Positions 14,830 through 28,848 of a stretch of DNA of 64,000 nt are shown piece after piece. The position numbers and the translations under genes are program-made. Under the pieces are notes generated by a model. That model had not been told where the DNA came from. It worked only from the letters and a program-made list of their open reading frames with translations, and did no database searches. Source of the stretch: the human T2T-CHM13v2.0 reference genome, Homo sapiens; the NCBI RefSeq assembly GCF_009914755.1, contig NC_060925.1. One strand, written 5' to 3'. The first letter of the stretch is position 1, and each line of letters begins with the position of its first letter.

Positions 14830-15080
14830 AACATTTACAAGCATTTGTTCCATGCCTGGTGAGCTTGTCAATCCTTTACCCTTATCAACTCACTTAATCT
14901 TCACAACAAACCTATGCGACAGAAACTACACTATTATTGTCATTCCGCAGATGAGAAAACTGAGGCACAGAGAAGGCAAGTTCCTTACCCAACATCAGAG
15001 ACCTGGTGGAGGTCAACCAGGGATTTGGCCCCAAACATTCCAGTTCCAGAGGCAAGTCTGCAGTCTAAGCTAGTACACTA
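14830..15080 (-). mobile_element. MIR
   Basis: CAGATGAGAAAACTGAGGCACAGAGA core. Confidence 0.8.
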
Positions 15081-15199
15081 TCCTGCCTCTTGTAGGTGTA
15101 TGCTTAGCAGAGGGTGGTGGACAAATGAGTGAATAAGTACAAGAGTGATCACGATGATTACAACTAGCACACATGAATGCTCCTTGTGTGCCAGCCACG

Positions 15200-15590
15200 A
15201 GAACACCTGCAATCCAGTTTCCTGCATGCAGACATGGGAATGCTCTAGGAGATGCACGTGTAGGAGTGAGGAAGTCAGGATTAGGTGGACAGAGAAGCTG
15301 GCAGGTAGTGTGCTTTGTCATGATGCCTTGAGGGAGCTCCAGAGCTGGCCTTTCAGAGGGGTCCCAAATGGAGGCAAAGGAGCTGGGATTTTCTATCCAA
15401 GTCACTGGCCCAAGGCTGGTTCCTGGGTGGGAGCATAAGCTTGGGTGAGGCAGGCCCCTGCTCTTGCAGCAGAGGGTGATAGCTGGTGAGGGGGCAGCTA
15501 TGGGACTTTAGTGGCTGATATTCCTGGTCTTGGCAGGTGACCCTGAAGAGGATGGCTAGAGGAAAGCTACAGTATCCACTCTGCAGGCTA
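15200..15590. mobile_element. ERVL LTR (LTR33/LTR16-like)
   Basis: Motifs GGGAGCTCCAGAGCTGG, CCCAAATGGAGGCAAAGG, CTTGGGTGAGGCAG resemble LTR33. Confidence 0.5.
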
Positions 15591-16381
15591 GGGCTTGGTG
15601 TGATGATCGCGTTTATTCCTCATCACCATCTTGAAACAAGCTAGACATTTGTATTCCCCCCTCCCCTACCTTTATAACAGAGAAAACTGGAACTCTGGGA
15701 AGTTGTGCAGCTCACCTAAAGCTGCCATCTAGGAAGTCAAGGCTGGATGGAAGCCCAGTGTGTCTGATTAATAGTCTGAATGAGTGGCCTAGATCATCAT
15801 CTCCAAGTCCCCGCCCAGGCTGCAGGTCAGGGCTCATTATCTTGTTGTTGGGGCAGGGATGTGTTGCGTGTGGACATGCGTTGCCTGGTCTGCCCAGGAT
15901 TCCTTCTCCTTCTGCTAAATCACTCCCCCAGCCCTGGACAAGTGCTCCTCCCCACTCCATGCACCTCTGGTGGGACCACCAACCCAGTTCCCTGGGGTCG
16001 TGGGGCTGGGCGTATACACAAGGCCTGGTCAATCAAAGGAGCATGTGCCCTAGTCTTGGTGACTGACCGAGGGATAGGCCCAGTTGTCCAACAACCGGAG
16101 AGAGAAGCTGTCTTTTTCCTTTGAGGCAGCTAAGGTAGAATGAGGTAAGCCCGGAGTTGCCTTTGGCCGTGTTGTTCAAGCCTTCTCTGGGTGGAGAAAG
16201 GCCAGTGGCACAGGAGAGGATGAGAAACAAGGCCACTCCACAGAAAGGAGCAAGAAGGCATTGCTGGAGCTGCTGGAGTTCCTGAAGTCAGCTCTGCCTC
16301 TAGACTTCCCAGTTGTGAGAGCCATAAATTCCCCTTGGTATCTAAACCAGTGCTTGCCAAGTTTCTTTCACTTGCAAGCAA

Positions 16382-17074
<693 letters not shown>

Positions 17075-17115
17075 GGCAGGATGGCACCCTTGAGGGACGG
17101 TGCTAATTTCAATCA

Positions 17116-17565
17116 TGTGTTAGTCAGCTTTTGCTGTGCAACAAACAGCCTCAGAATCTCAGTGGCTTGCAACCATATTCATTTTTCTCATTTGTGGATC
17201 TGCACAATGGCAGGACGTGGCTAGGGCTTGGCTGGGGTTTACCTCAGGCCAGGTTCAGGTTTGCTCCATATGTCTGCATTTCAGAGCTGAACATTAAGGC
17301 AGTTACTTGGGGCACGTTCTTCCCACGCAGGATCACAGAGCAGAGGAGGCCAAGCCAAAGAGTGTGAACACATTCAAGGTCCCTGCTTGCTGCAAGCCCA
17401 CTAGCAATCCAGGGGCCAAAGCAAGTCACATGCCCAAGCCTAACATCAGGGGGTCAGGGAAAGGTACTCCACCTACTTCAAGTAACGAGGCAAAAGGCAA
17501 GATAGATGGGTAATACTATGAATGGGAAGGAGTGAGGAATGACAAACACAAATCCAGTCTACCAC
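17116..17565 (-). mobile_element. Old MLT1 LTR
   Basis: TGTGTTAGTCAGC...AATCTCAGTGGCTT...GCAAGTCACATG. Confidence 0.65.
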
Positions 17566-18347
17566 CAATAGTCAAGGGGAATGAGGAGAGGGTGCCGAAA
17601 GATTCCTGAGGCAGCAGAACGTCCCAGCCCACCGCACCGATGTCAGCTAAAGTGTCACATCGCCCACATCCCCGAGGGAAGATGGGCTTCTGCTGATTGT
17701 CTGTTAGAATTACAGCAGAGTCAGCTGAACCCCAACACCTTCCCAGAACTGCACACGCCATCTCGAGGCAGCAGCTCCGTGTGCAAAGAAACCAGGTCCC
17801 TCCTGGGAGATCAAAATCAATTTTAAACAGACACAGCTGTTCCCTAGTGGGGGTGTTGGAAGGGAGAGGGGGAGATGCTGTAGGAAATGTTTCATTTCTT
17901 TTTGTTGTAAATTGTTGGGATAACCAAAGAAGACTTGTAAAGTTTGATTATTAATTTCTGGAAGACTCGGTTGCCAAGTTTGCTATCAGTTTCAAGGAAA
18001 GGAAGTGTAAGATCAAAGGAATGCTTCCTAGTGGAGGTTTTCACCTCATATTAAGCTTAGAAGCTTTTCAAAACAGAGTGATCAGAAGTAGAGCTGGTCT
18101 GTTTTTGTGATGTGCCGCACAGATGGATCAATCAAACGCCACAGTTTAATACGGTTCAACAAATGTTTACTGAACACCCACCATGGTCCTGGGCTCACTT
18201 AAACAAACAGAAACAAATCATAGTAATAGTAAGAATTGCTACTCCATGTGTAGGTCATCTGGGCAAGTTAAATTGTCTCTCTGGGTCTCAGTGTCTTCAT
18301 CTGTAAAACAAGCCTGTTTGACTAAGCATGAACTTTTTTCTTTCTGG

Positions 18348-18657
18348 TTTTTTTTTTTTTTTTTTTTAGAGATAGAGTCTTATTCTGTTGCTCAGGTGCT
18401 GGAGTGCGGTGGCACAATCATAGCTCACTGAAGCCTCAAACTCCTGGACTCAAGTGACCCTCCGGCTTTGGCCTCCCAAAGCACATGCCTAGGACTGCAG
18501 GCATGTGCTACCACACCCAGATATGTTTTTTTTTTACTTTTTGTTCAGATAGGGTCTCGCTTTGTTGCCCAGGCTGATCTCAAACTCTCGGGCTCAAGTG
18601 ATCCTCGTACCTTGGCCTCTCAAAGTGCTGGGATTGTAGGCATCAATCAAATGCCAG
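18348..18657 (-). mobile_element. AluJ
   Basis: Diverged dimer with ATCATAGCTCACTG and GGGCTCAAGTGATCC. Confidence 0.93.
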
Positions 18658-18916
18658 TTTAATACAGTTCAACATTTAAGTTCAAAGCAAGCATGAACTT
18701 TGAGGTTCCTTCCAGATATAGAATTCTAAAATCCACAAATTGGGTGATGTTTTTTCCTCACTTGCTGACAATTAAAATTAGAGGTGTGCGTAAAGGAAAT
18801 GAAATCCACACTGCTGAAGCTATGAGAACCACAGAATGCTCAAGATTTTTCCCAATGGTAAAGCTAAGAATCCCTGAAGCAGAAGATTAATAATTACACG
18901 TATATTCATTCTTCCC

Positions 18917-19655
<739 letters not shown>

Positions 19656-19789
19656 TTCCCCTTCTACGCACCTCCCCAGAAAAAAAGATGACTGTTCCAA
19701 CATCATCCTCAGTTCAGGTGTGTATATGAATCCCATCTTCATTACATTTTTCAACTCAGTAGCACCCATGTTGCGTTTGAGTGGAAGGA

Positions 19790-19990
19790 GGCCATACAGA
19801 AAAGTAGTAAGAGGGGGGCCACTGGCATCCCTGTGGCCTGTGGCTGAGTCTCAGCCCTGCCACTCTTGAGCTGTAAGACCTTGGGGGAGTAAATTAACCT
19901 TCCTGAGTCTCAGTTCTCCTCTCTGTAAAACGGGGATGATCATGGTAGCTTCTTCCTCATAGGGTTGACATTAAGTACTTAGCACCGGGT
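19790..19990 (+). mobile_element. MIR
   Basis: TTAACCTTCCTGAGTCTCAGTT...CTGTAAAACGGGGATGAT. Confidence 0.75.
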
Positions 19991-22900
19991 GTGGTGTAAG
20001 AATCATTGCCACTTCTCATTTTCATAGCACCCCTTCCCACAGCACTTTCAAGCAAATCTGGATTTTGAATCTACCAGCTCATTTAGCCTCTTCTTGGATA
20101 GTTGAGACAAATTCAAGAAAGAAAAGAGGTATATGGTTGCTGAAATTTAATGTAAAATATCTTCATTCAGTGTTCTTCATGTAAAGGCATACATAGATTT
20201 GTGAAGGTACATGTTACTTTGAATTAAAACGCTAGCAACAAAATTATCTTGAAAATAGAAACTAGATACCCTCTGAGTGAGGAAGGTGGAAATCCCACTG
20301 GTCAGTGATATGTATGATCATTTCCTGCTTAGCTTCCGAAGGGAACTTACGCACCTGAGTGCCAGAGCTCCATCCTCTGAGTCTGTGCCCCCCAGCAGGG
20401 CTCCGTTTGCCTGAGAGAAGGGGGCAAATATTTTTCTAATTTGCACAAAGGTGTCCGTGAGCTAGCCAGTCCATCTTTTGAGAGACATTGAAGTGCACAC
20501 TTTGGTCTGATGCCTCCTAATGAATGACAGGACAAGAACCTGGATCTGTCTTTCTTTTCTTCCCCAAAGCTGCCTAGAAGGTATCAAGCTCCCAGTGTTA
20601 TAACCTGGCTTTCTGCAGGACTCCCTCGGGGTTCCTCACTGGCAGGGGAAGAATGAAGCTCAGTTTCTTTTCTTCTAGACAGTTTCATCTCTTGAATACA
20701 TGACAATTGTTTCAGAGCCTGGACAGGTACGTTCTTGCACTTGCGGTCCCAGTGTTTTGAGGACCTAGGCGTGGAGCCAGTAACTGGAGGAGAGTTTGGG
20801 GTCATGGGCACGGATGCAGAACACCAGAGCAGGCAAGGGAAGGGCAAACTTGAGCCCCTCCCCTTGGTACTTGTTTTTACCTCCCAACCTGCCCTCTTCT
20901 AAGTCAAATCTACTTGTTTCTTTCTCAAAAGGAAAGACATCGGCAGCTGGCTGTTCCTGGGTGAAGCTGTCAGAGTACCTACCATCTTGCTACCAAGATG
21001 GCTGAGGATATGATCAAAAGCAAAATAGCTGATACTGCCATGAGCAACACAGCTCCCTCTTGAACTGCAGAGACACCTAATAATGTGGCCTTGGAGTTCC
21101 AAATATGATATCGTAAATTGCTTTACACCTCCTCAGCATAAAACAAGGCAGGTGAAAAAAAAAAAGGGAGGGGGGGCAGTCAATTAAGATAAACATGACA
21201 GCTTTGCACCTGGCTGGCTATAGACACAGCATCCTAACAAGTCGGCCATTGAACAAAATATCTCCCTTCCAATTATGCATACAACTGGACAGTGAGTACT
21301 GAATATTAGGGCAGATGGCTGCAGGAACAGCCCTTCATGGCACACTGACTTATACAGCGTACACCATTTGGCAAATACAGATTTTTCCCGGGGCACTTTG
21401 GTGCTGGAATAATTTAGTATTGGCTCAAGGGACAAGATCTACGGCCGCTTCCTACTACCACTGCTTCCAATTCCTGAAGAAAGATGGTGCACCTTGTCAG
21501 ATCTGAGACCCCTTTGCAATAAATCATCAAGGGATGTTAGAGTCTTCATTCCTCTGGTCTTGTGGTACCTAATATAATGTTTCCTCTGTGGCCTTGAATG
21601 GGGGCTCACGCTGTTCTTTGTGACATATTTGGGGGAGAAAGTACTTTTCGTAAGAGAAGAGGACTTATTCGGTGAGTAAAGCATCCTGGGAGTAGAAAGA
21701 AATGAACTCAAGGAAGCAGAAGTCCATAAGAATCTGGGAAAAGAATGGGGGCCTGAGTAGAAATGAGTGGAAAACTCTCCTCCTGAAGATACATTTTAGT
21801 TAAATAAATAAATGTGAAAGAGCAAAGTAGGGCGATAAAGGCGTCCTGAGATGCCTGAGTTTCATCTTATGAAACTCAGCTCCTCACCAAATCGAATGCA
21901 CCTCTGTTTAAAAATAGCCCCCTACCCTCCAAGAAAGCATCAAAAACAACTTTTATAGAATAGAGATCACAGGAATAATAACACTACCAGTGAGCAAAAA
22001 AATAAATTACCCATTTAGGGTAGGTGTGTTAAGTGTTTCAAATCACTGGGGTACCATTTTATGAGCCAAAAGAACTCATTTACCAAATGGGTCCCCAGGG
22101 CCTGGAATAACAAATGCACCAGCCACAGAGGAGTAGCTCCCTCCTCTGCTTCTGCCTCAGATCTGAACCTTTTGCAGAGAGTGAAGGGGATTGGGTTGGA
22201 AGGGACACAGAAGGTCTCTCACTGCCTCAGCGAGTGCAGGGATGACTTCACGTATTAGAGGGGGAAATGAGAAAGAAACAAAAGGTGGAAACCTTAGAAT
22301 TGGGCACACCTAGGTGTGACTCTGGTTATTCTACCTCTTAGCTAGGTGAATGTGAGCAAATCCCCTGAGCCTGAGTGTTTTACTCATGGTGACCTCAGTG
22401 TTGGGAAGATTCAGCCTGAGTTAGTAGAAATAAATGGTTGAGCAAACTGGCAGACCACAGTGGATGCCTGAAGAATGAGAGCTACCATCACAACTATTAC
22501 AGCCACGGTCTTCATCACCATCACCATCATCTCCATCACCGATAACATCTATTAATTTCTTTCTAGGCACCAGACACTCTTCCAGATGGTTTCCAATGCA
22601 TCATCTCTCTTAATTCCTCAACAAGTCTATGAAATCAGCAGCAATATTATTCCCATTTTCCCAGTGAGGAAGTTGAGACAGTAAGCAACTCATCGAGTGT
22701 CTCAGAACTAGTACGTGGCAGGGCTGGACTTAAACCCATGCCTAACTAAGTCTAGAGCCTATGCATTGGAGCTACCCCTCCCCCGACACCAAAGGCGGGA
22801 TGAGATCATTGATGACGTCAGCTAACATCCTCCTGCTAGTAGGCTGTAGAGAGGGTGCCTTCGCTAAAATGGGAAATTAGAGCAGATTTAGGAGAGTGTA

Positions 22901-23236
22901 GGAGTGGCTAGAACACTTGACCCTATCCTCTTTAGCTTTGTTGGGGGGACCTCTCAGAAACTGTTCTGGGTTGCTGGAAAATCAAATAGTGCCCCCCCCC
23001 CATGGACACAGCCACCGCATGAGAGGGCAAGAGGTCAGTCAGGCAAGATGCCCAGGGGTTGAACCAGGTCTTTGGAGTGTAGTGATATTTCTCTGAGGGT
23101 GGAAATATTTGTCTCTGGGTTATATATTTTGCTTGGCTGTGGTTGTTTTTCCCTGTCACTTACAGAGGCTGTGACAGAGTCGAGAACCCAGGCCAGCACA
23201 CATATTCTCTTGTAAGGCCCCGAACAGGGAAAGAAG

Positions 23237-23238
<2 letters not shown>

Positions 23239-23270
<32 letters not shown>
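23239..23270 (+). repeat. (AC)16 microsatellite
   Basis: Direct reading of the sequence. Confidence 0.97.
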
Positions 23271-23271
<1 letters not shown>

Positions 23272-24227
23272 AAGAAAGATTCAAGGAGGGAAAAAAATGC
23301 ACTTGCACTTCTACCAAGGAATTAGAGACTTTAAGTATATATGCTTATGTGTTTAAGTCTGTGGTTAGAATGTCTATTAATATTTATCAATTTCATACCT
23401 AGGAGCTTCTGAATTAGAAGTGATTATTAAAGGACTGTTTGCAAATGAAAAATCTGCAGAAGGAACTGAGTTGGTTAAATATATACACAGAAGGGATGCG
23501 CCTGACCGACTTTCCCAGCTTTAGATGAGAGATTGCTTGGGAAGACAGGAGGAGCTTGTCATTCTTTACACTAATAACTCTGCTGTGTGTCCACACTGAT
23601 ATATACTAGGGGGTGTGTGTGCATGCACGCGCCCATGTGTGCGTGTGTTTCATCAACACTGAACGCATAGATTTCCATCTTATAGCTGCTGGCTGTCTCT
23701 TTAAGCCCCACACTCCTCTCCCCTGTTTTTTCCTCCTGGTATCTTTTCTTCTCCATCTTTTCATTTCATAGCTGTGGTTATGAGGGTGATGAATAGGAGA
23801 AGGATAGCTGTTGGGGTTCCGCGGCCTGCACACTTCTCTACGGCTCTGTTCCCTGCTCCTGGTCCTCTCACTCACAGCCCTGAGCCTTGGCCGCTCCTGT
23901 CTGGAGATCTGTTGCCCTTTTCCCCAGAGCACATGTTAAAACCCACTCAGACAAAGTAAACCATGTAAATGTACAAGAAATTCATCTCCTAGATAGGCCA
24001 GGATTCACATGTGACAATTTGAATAAACAGAGACTCCGTCTGTGGAGAGGGAGGGTAACTCCCCAAGGACTGTCTCTTGGAGGGGGATGAGGAGGGCACA
24101 CAGGACAGATATGATCCAGAAAACAGAGAGCAGGAAGCCCTCACAGCCACTCCTGAGGCTCAAAAGGCTCCTGGCATATACATATTTCACACGTGCTCAG
24201 TGTTTTCTGGGCATCTGGGTGTCTGGA

Positions 24228-24419
24228 CCGGTGAGTCTCCAACTTCATGACGCATCAGATTCTCCTGGGCAGCTTGTTGTAAATGCAGATATCGAGACAC
24301 TGGGCACCACACCAGGGATTCTGGTTGATCAGGGGTGGGGCCTGGGCTTCTGCATTTTCACAAGCAGCTTCTGAGAATTCCATGTCATGTGGTCTTCATC
24401 TTCGCTTCGGGAAACACTG
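24228..24419. mobile_element. MER5-type hAT-Charlie element
   Basis: GCATCAGATTCTCCTGGG...AAATGCAGAT...GGGTGGGGCCTGGG...TGCATTTT...AAACACTG. Confidence 0.75.
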
Positions 24420-25923
24420 AAGACCAGAGGCTTGTGGCTAGAGCCTAGGAAGGGACACCGTTTGCAGGAAGTGGCCTTCAACATTGGCTGCAGGGAGCAG
24501 GACCCCATTCGTGGCTCTCTCTCTGGCTCCTGCAAGCAGCCACTTGCCAACCCAAAGAAGCATGAGAGTTTCTCAGGGCACTGACTCCAGGGTCAAGAAG
24601 TTCATCACTCACTGGCTTCCCTTTCAGCCTTCCCCCTTTCCACCTTGTCCCACGTACGGATTCCTGGAATCCAGGATTTATCACTCAGCCTTACCAGGTG
24701 GAATGCATGAATGCCGCCTCTGGTCTCTGAGCTAGGCAGAAACGATGCTTCTGATAGGATAGGAGAGAAAACTGGGCTTTATGTGGGAGTATCTGAGTCC
24801 TGGCCCCCAGCTTATCCACTCAACAAGTATGTGCTGAGCACTGAAGGGATAAGAGGTGGAAGGAAGTGCAGGCAGTTTTGTGATGCTTGGACAGATCTCT
24901 TAACTTCAGTGTCTTCATCTGCCATGTGCAGATACCAGTACCCTCTCTACCCAACGGAGTTGTCGCAAGAATAAAATAAGAGAGCTGTGAAAGTGCTTTG
25001 CAAAATTAAGATGTGACTAGAATTCCTGGAGAAGACTGAATGAATATGAGAAGGGTTTTAATGAGAGTAGCGAGAATATTTGTGGATATGAATTTGTAGG
25101 GGACAAGGAAGATGAATTTGTTCAATCAACCACAAACTCTTTGGAGAAGCATCTATCACACCAGACAGGGGGAGCAGAAAGCAGAATGGGATATAAACCC
25201 TGCCTTCCTGAGGCTCACGGTCTGGCTCATTGGGTACATGCGGGGGAGGGACGGAGTAGTTTTAGCCAGGGCATTTTACTGCATGCAATAGAAATAATCA
25301 AATTAGCTCAAGAAAAGGGCATTTATTCTTGGGAATTCCATGGAATCCAAGACAAAGAAGAATAAGCAGGATTGTTTTGGAAACCCCAGGAGTTTAAAGA
25401 CCTTCACCCCAGGGAGCCAAACTCTTGGGGACTTATCTCTCAAATCCTTCAGTCTGTATTTCAAATTCCCAAATAAATAAACAGAACAATAACCAATGGC
25501 CATATACGCTATGAAATAAGTAAATGTTGAATGTTAAATCTGAGGGATGAAAAGGAATCAGATGCAGAGAGCCAGGGGGAGAATGTTCCAGGGAGAGGCA
25601 AGGGAAAAGGCAAAGACCTTGAGGTCAGAAACAATTAAGTGGCAAGAGAGTGGTGAGCAAGTGGTGTGGTGCAAGAAGTCAGTGGCCAGTTTATGCAAGG
25701 CTGTGGGTGTAATTTAGGAAGTGCCACGTGACACACATCAGTGGAAAGATGGGCCATTTTCTGAAGACCCTGGTTAAATTCTTCCCAGCCCCTTCACTGA
25801 CAAAGCTGCGTGGTTCATTCCTAAATCTGGGGTCTCTGTTTCTCTGTCTGTAAATAAGGAGGGCACTAGAGTAGACAATCCCCATTGCCTTCTAGGACCA
25901 AATAGCGTCATTCAATCATAGAG

Positions 25924-26062
25924 TAGGGCAACCATATATACTGGGTTTCCTGGGACAATTCCTATGTATGCCACTTGTTTTAGCTTAATTCAATTACTCA
26001 TTGCGCCCTCTTTTGCTCTCAGCAGCATCCCAGTCTTGACGTTATATTATGAGGTCACTCTA
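25924..26062. mobile_element. MER94-like hAT element
   Basis: Terminal inverted repeats TAGGGCAACC / GGTCACTCTA; internal CCTGGGACA. Confidence 0.7.
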
Positions 26063-26678
26063 TTTCTGGGAAAAGGGAGGTGCATACGGCTGTGCTGTCA
26101 GCAATGGGTTAGGCCCTTAGCCTTGATTCTTGATAGGAATTTCCTTTCTCTGAGCTACAGGGAAGCTGGTTTTGCAGACTTTTCAAAATACCCAGGCAAG
26201 CTTTGATGGGCAACAAACACACACGGCACAGTTGGCTTATTCTGCTCAGAAAGATCAGACAATGTAGGTAGAGGCTGGTGACCACATATGAGCCGAGGCC
26301 TGGACCTTGGATGGGGTTGGGCTGGTTGAGAGTGATAGCAGCAGTGACAGTGGAAAAATGATAGCAAGTCCCTATGAAGTGGACCCATTTTCTGTCTTGG
26401 TTCTTAACATCAGCCTACTGGGGTGTGAGATTGGGACTATTTGGGGAACACGCAAAAGGGGGAACCCTGAAACAGAACCCACAGTACTGCCAAATTCTCA
26501 TAGCTGTGAATCCCATGGAGAGACAGCTGTGGATGACAGACTTCTCTGGAATCCTTCTCCCAACAGTTTGCAGGTGTGTCCCAGGACACCGGCGGTAAAC
26601 GCCTATCAGCCCCCATAGACAGGCAAATGGGCTTGCAGGAGGGGGTTAGGCCAGTGGGAGGGGACACAGATTCCGCTG

Positions 26679-27143
26679 ACCAACTGGACCAACCAAGGCA
26701 CTTAGAACTGCTTGGTGTAACTTTGGGAGGCCAAGGCAGGTGGATCACAAGGTCATGAGTTCAAGAGCAGTCTGGCCAAGATGGTGAAACCCCGTCTCTA
26801 CTAAAAATACAAAAATTAGCCAGGGGTGGTGGTGGGCACCTGTAACCCCAGCTACTCGGGAGGCTGAGGCAGAGAATTGCTTGAACCCGGGAGGCAGAGG
26901 TTGCAGTGAGCCAAGATCACACCACTATGCTCCAGCCTGGGAGACAGACCAAGACTCCATCTCAAAAAAAAAAGAACTGCTTAGTATATCTGCAAACCAG
27001 GATTCAGTTCTTTGTAGTCTTTCAGTTACCTTATGGGGGGGCAGCATCAAAACTACAGAGCTGTGTGGGTCTTGAAAAGGGGGATGCCGTGGTGCAGCCA
27101 TTGTGGAAAACATATTAGCTGTTCCTTGAAAAGTTAAACATAG
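26679..27143 (-). repeat. Left arm of a local inverted duplication (copy of 28794-28987), interrupted by an Alu
   Basis: 26679-26719 plus 26989-27143 is the reverse complement of 28794-28987 with a few mismatches. Confidence 0.95.
26720..26972 (+). mobile_element. 5'-truncated AluS inserted in the duplicated arm
   Basis: Starts at ACTTTGGGAGG; 16-bp TSD AGAACTGCTTGGTGTA / AGAACTGCTTAGTATA. Confidence 0.95.
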
Positions 27144-27214
27144 CAACCGTTTTGTTCCTTGAGGTCACCTCCGGAGGAGCGGTGGTAAAGCCTGGGGATA
27201 AGAAACGTAGACCC

Positions 27215-27538
27215 GGCCGAGCGCTGTGGCTCACGCCTGCAATCCCAGCACTTTGGGAGGCCGAGGCAGGTGGATTGCTTGAGGTCAGGAGTTCGAGACC
27301 AACCTGGCCAACCTGGTGAAACCCTGTCTCTACTAAAAATACAAAAAAAAATTAGAGGGGTGTGGAGGCCTGCACCTGTAATCGCAACTACTCAGGAGGC
27401 TGAGGCAGACAATCCCTTGAACCCAGGAGGCGGAGGTTGCAGTGAGCTGAGATGGCGCCACTGCACTCCAGCCTGGGCGACAGAGCAAGACTGCGTCTCA
27501 AAAAAAAAAAAAAAAAAGAAAAAGAAAAAGAAAGAAAA
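27215..27538 (+). mobile_element. Alu (AluSx-like)
   Basis: Full dimer; TSD AAGAAA(C/G)GTAGACC. Confidence 0.96.
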
Positions 27539-28108
27539 AAGAAAGGTAGACCTTTTTGGTTTAAATCAAGTATACCCGCAGAGGCTAATTGATTGCAGAC
27601 TTTCTATCTAAGATCTAGTCCTTTGGTGTGTGGGTGAACATAAGGACACACAACTGGAAAAAGCCCCTTTTTTTCATGTTAGGAAAAAAAACTCTCAAAA
27701 AATAAAATTCTTAAAATCCTAGGAGGCACCCCAGGAGTTTCTAAAGCAGCTTCTTGAAACCTCAAAAATAGAGGGATGAGAAGGGGCTCAAGGAATGAGT
27801 CTTTTCTTTTCTCCTTATTAGATTTTTTTGTTTTGATTTGATTTGAAGATTCCGGTGTGTGGGAATAATCTCACTGAAGAGCAAAATGAGTAACACTGGG
27901 TCACTTTGTTTACTACACAAACACACTCACACGCATTCATTTACAGAACACTTACTACGGGCTAGGGCGGCAAGGACGCAAAGATGAATGACATAAAAAG
28001 CCGGATAACCCTCCTTCCCCCACCCACAAGTTCCCAGTGAAGTGGGAGAGAGACATATAAACAGATAAATTACTGTTTCTTCTGCTGAGTGCTATACCAG
28101 AGGTGTGA

Positions 28109-28153
28109 GTGCACGCACACGTGTGCGCACACACACACACACACACACACACG
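28109..28153 (+). repeat. Alternating purine-pyrimidine / (CA)n tract
   Basis: GTGCACGCACACGTGTGCGCACAC...ACG, 45 nt. Confidence 0.95.
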
Positions 28154-28246
28154 GCCCTCTAAATAGAGCTACTCTTAACTGTTTGCTCAGAAGCCCTAGT
28201 TCCAAAACATTCCCATCCTCTCTATTTGTGTATTTGCATATATGAC

Positions 28247-28848
28247 TTTTTGATTGAGGTAAAATTTACATAACATGAAATTAAGCCCTTTAAAGTGAAC
28301 AATTCAATGGCACTTAGTACATTCACCGTGTTGTGCCACCACCACCTCTGTCTAGTTCTAAAACATTTTCATCAGTCAGCACAAAGTAACACCCGGCACC
28401 TATTAAGCAGTTACTTCTCATTCTTCCCTCCCCACAGCCCCTGACAAACACCAATCTGCTTCCTGTTTCATGGATTTATTTATTCTGGATATTTCATATA
28501 AATTGAATCGTATAATATGTGACCTTCTATGTCGGGCTTCTTTCAACTAACATAATGTTTTGGAGCTTCATCCACGTAGTAGTAGCATGTATCAGTACTC
28601 TTCACGGCTGAGTAATATTCCATTGCATACTGCAATTTGTTCATCCAATCATCTGTTGATGGACATTTGGGTTATTTCTGCCTTCTGGCTACTAATGAAC
28701 AGTGCTGCTATGAACATTCATGTACAAATTTTTGTTTGGATATTTGTTTTGGACATATACCTAGGAGTGGATTTGCTGGGTCGTATGGTAATCCTATGTT
28801 TAACTGTTCAAGGAACTGCTAATATGTTTTCCACAATGGCTGCACCAC
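28247..28848 (-). mobile_element. L1MB-type 3'-end fragment
   Basis: TTTAAAGTGAACAATTCAATGGC...CCTAGGAGTGG...TTCCACAATGGCTGCACCA. Confidence 0.88.
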
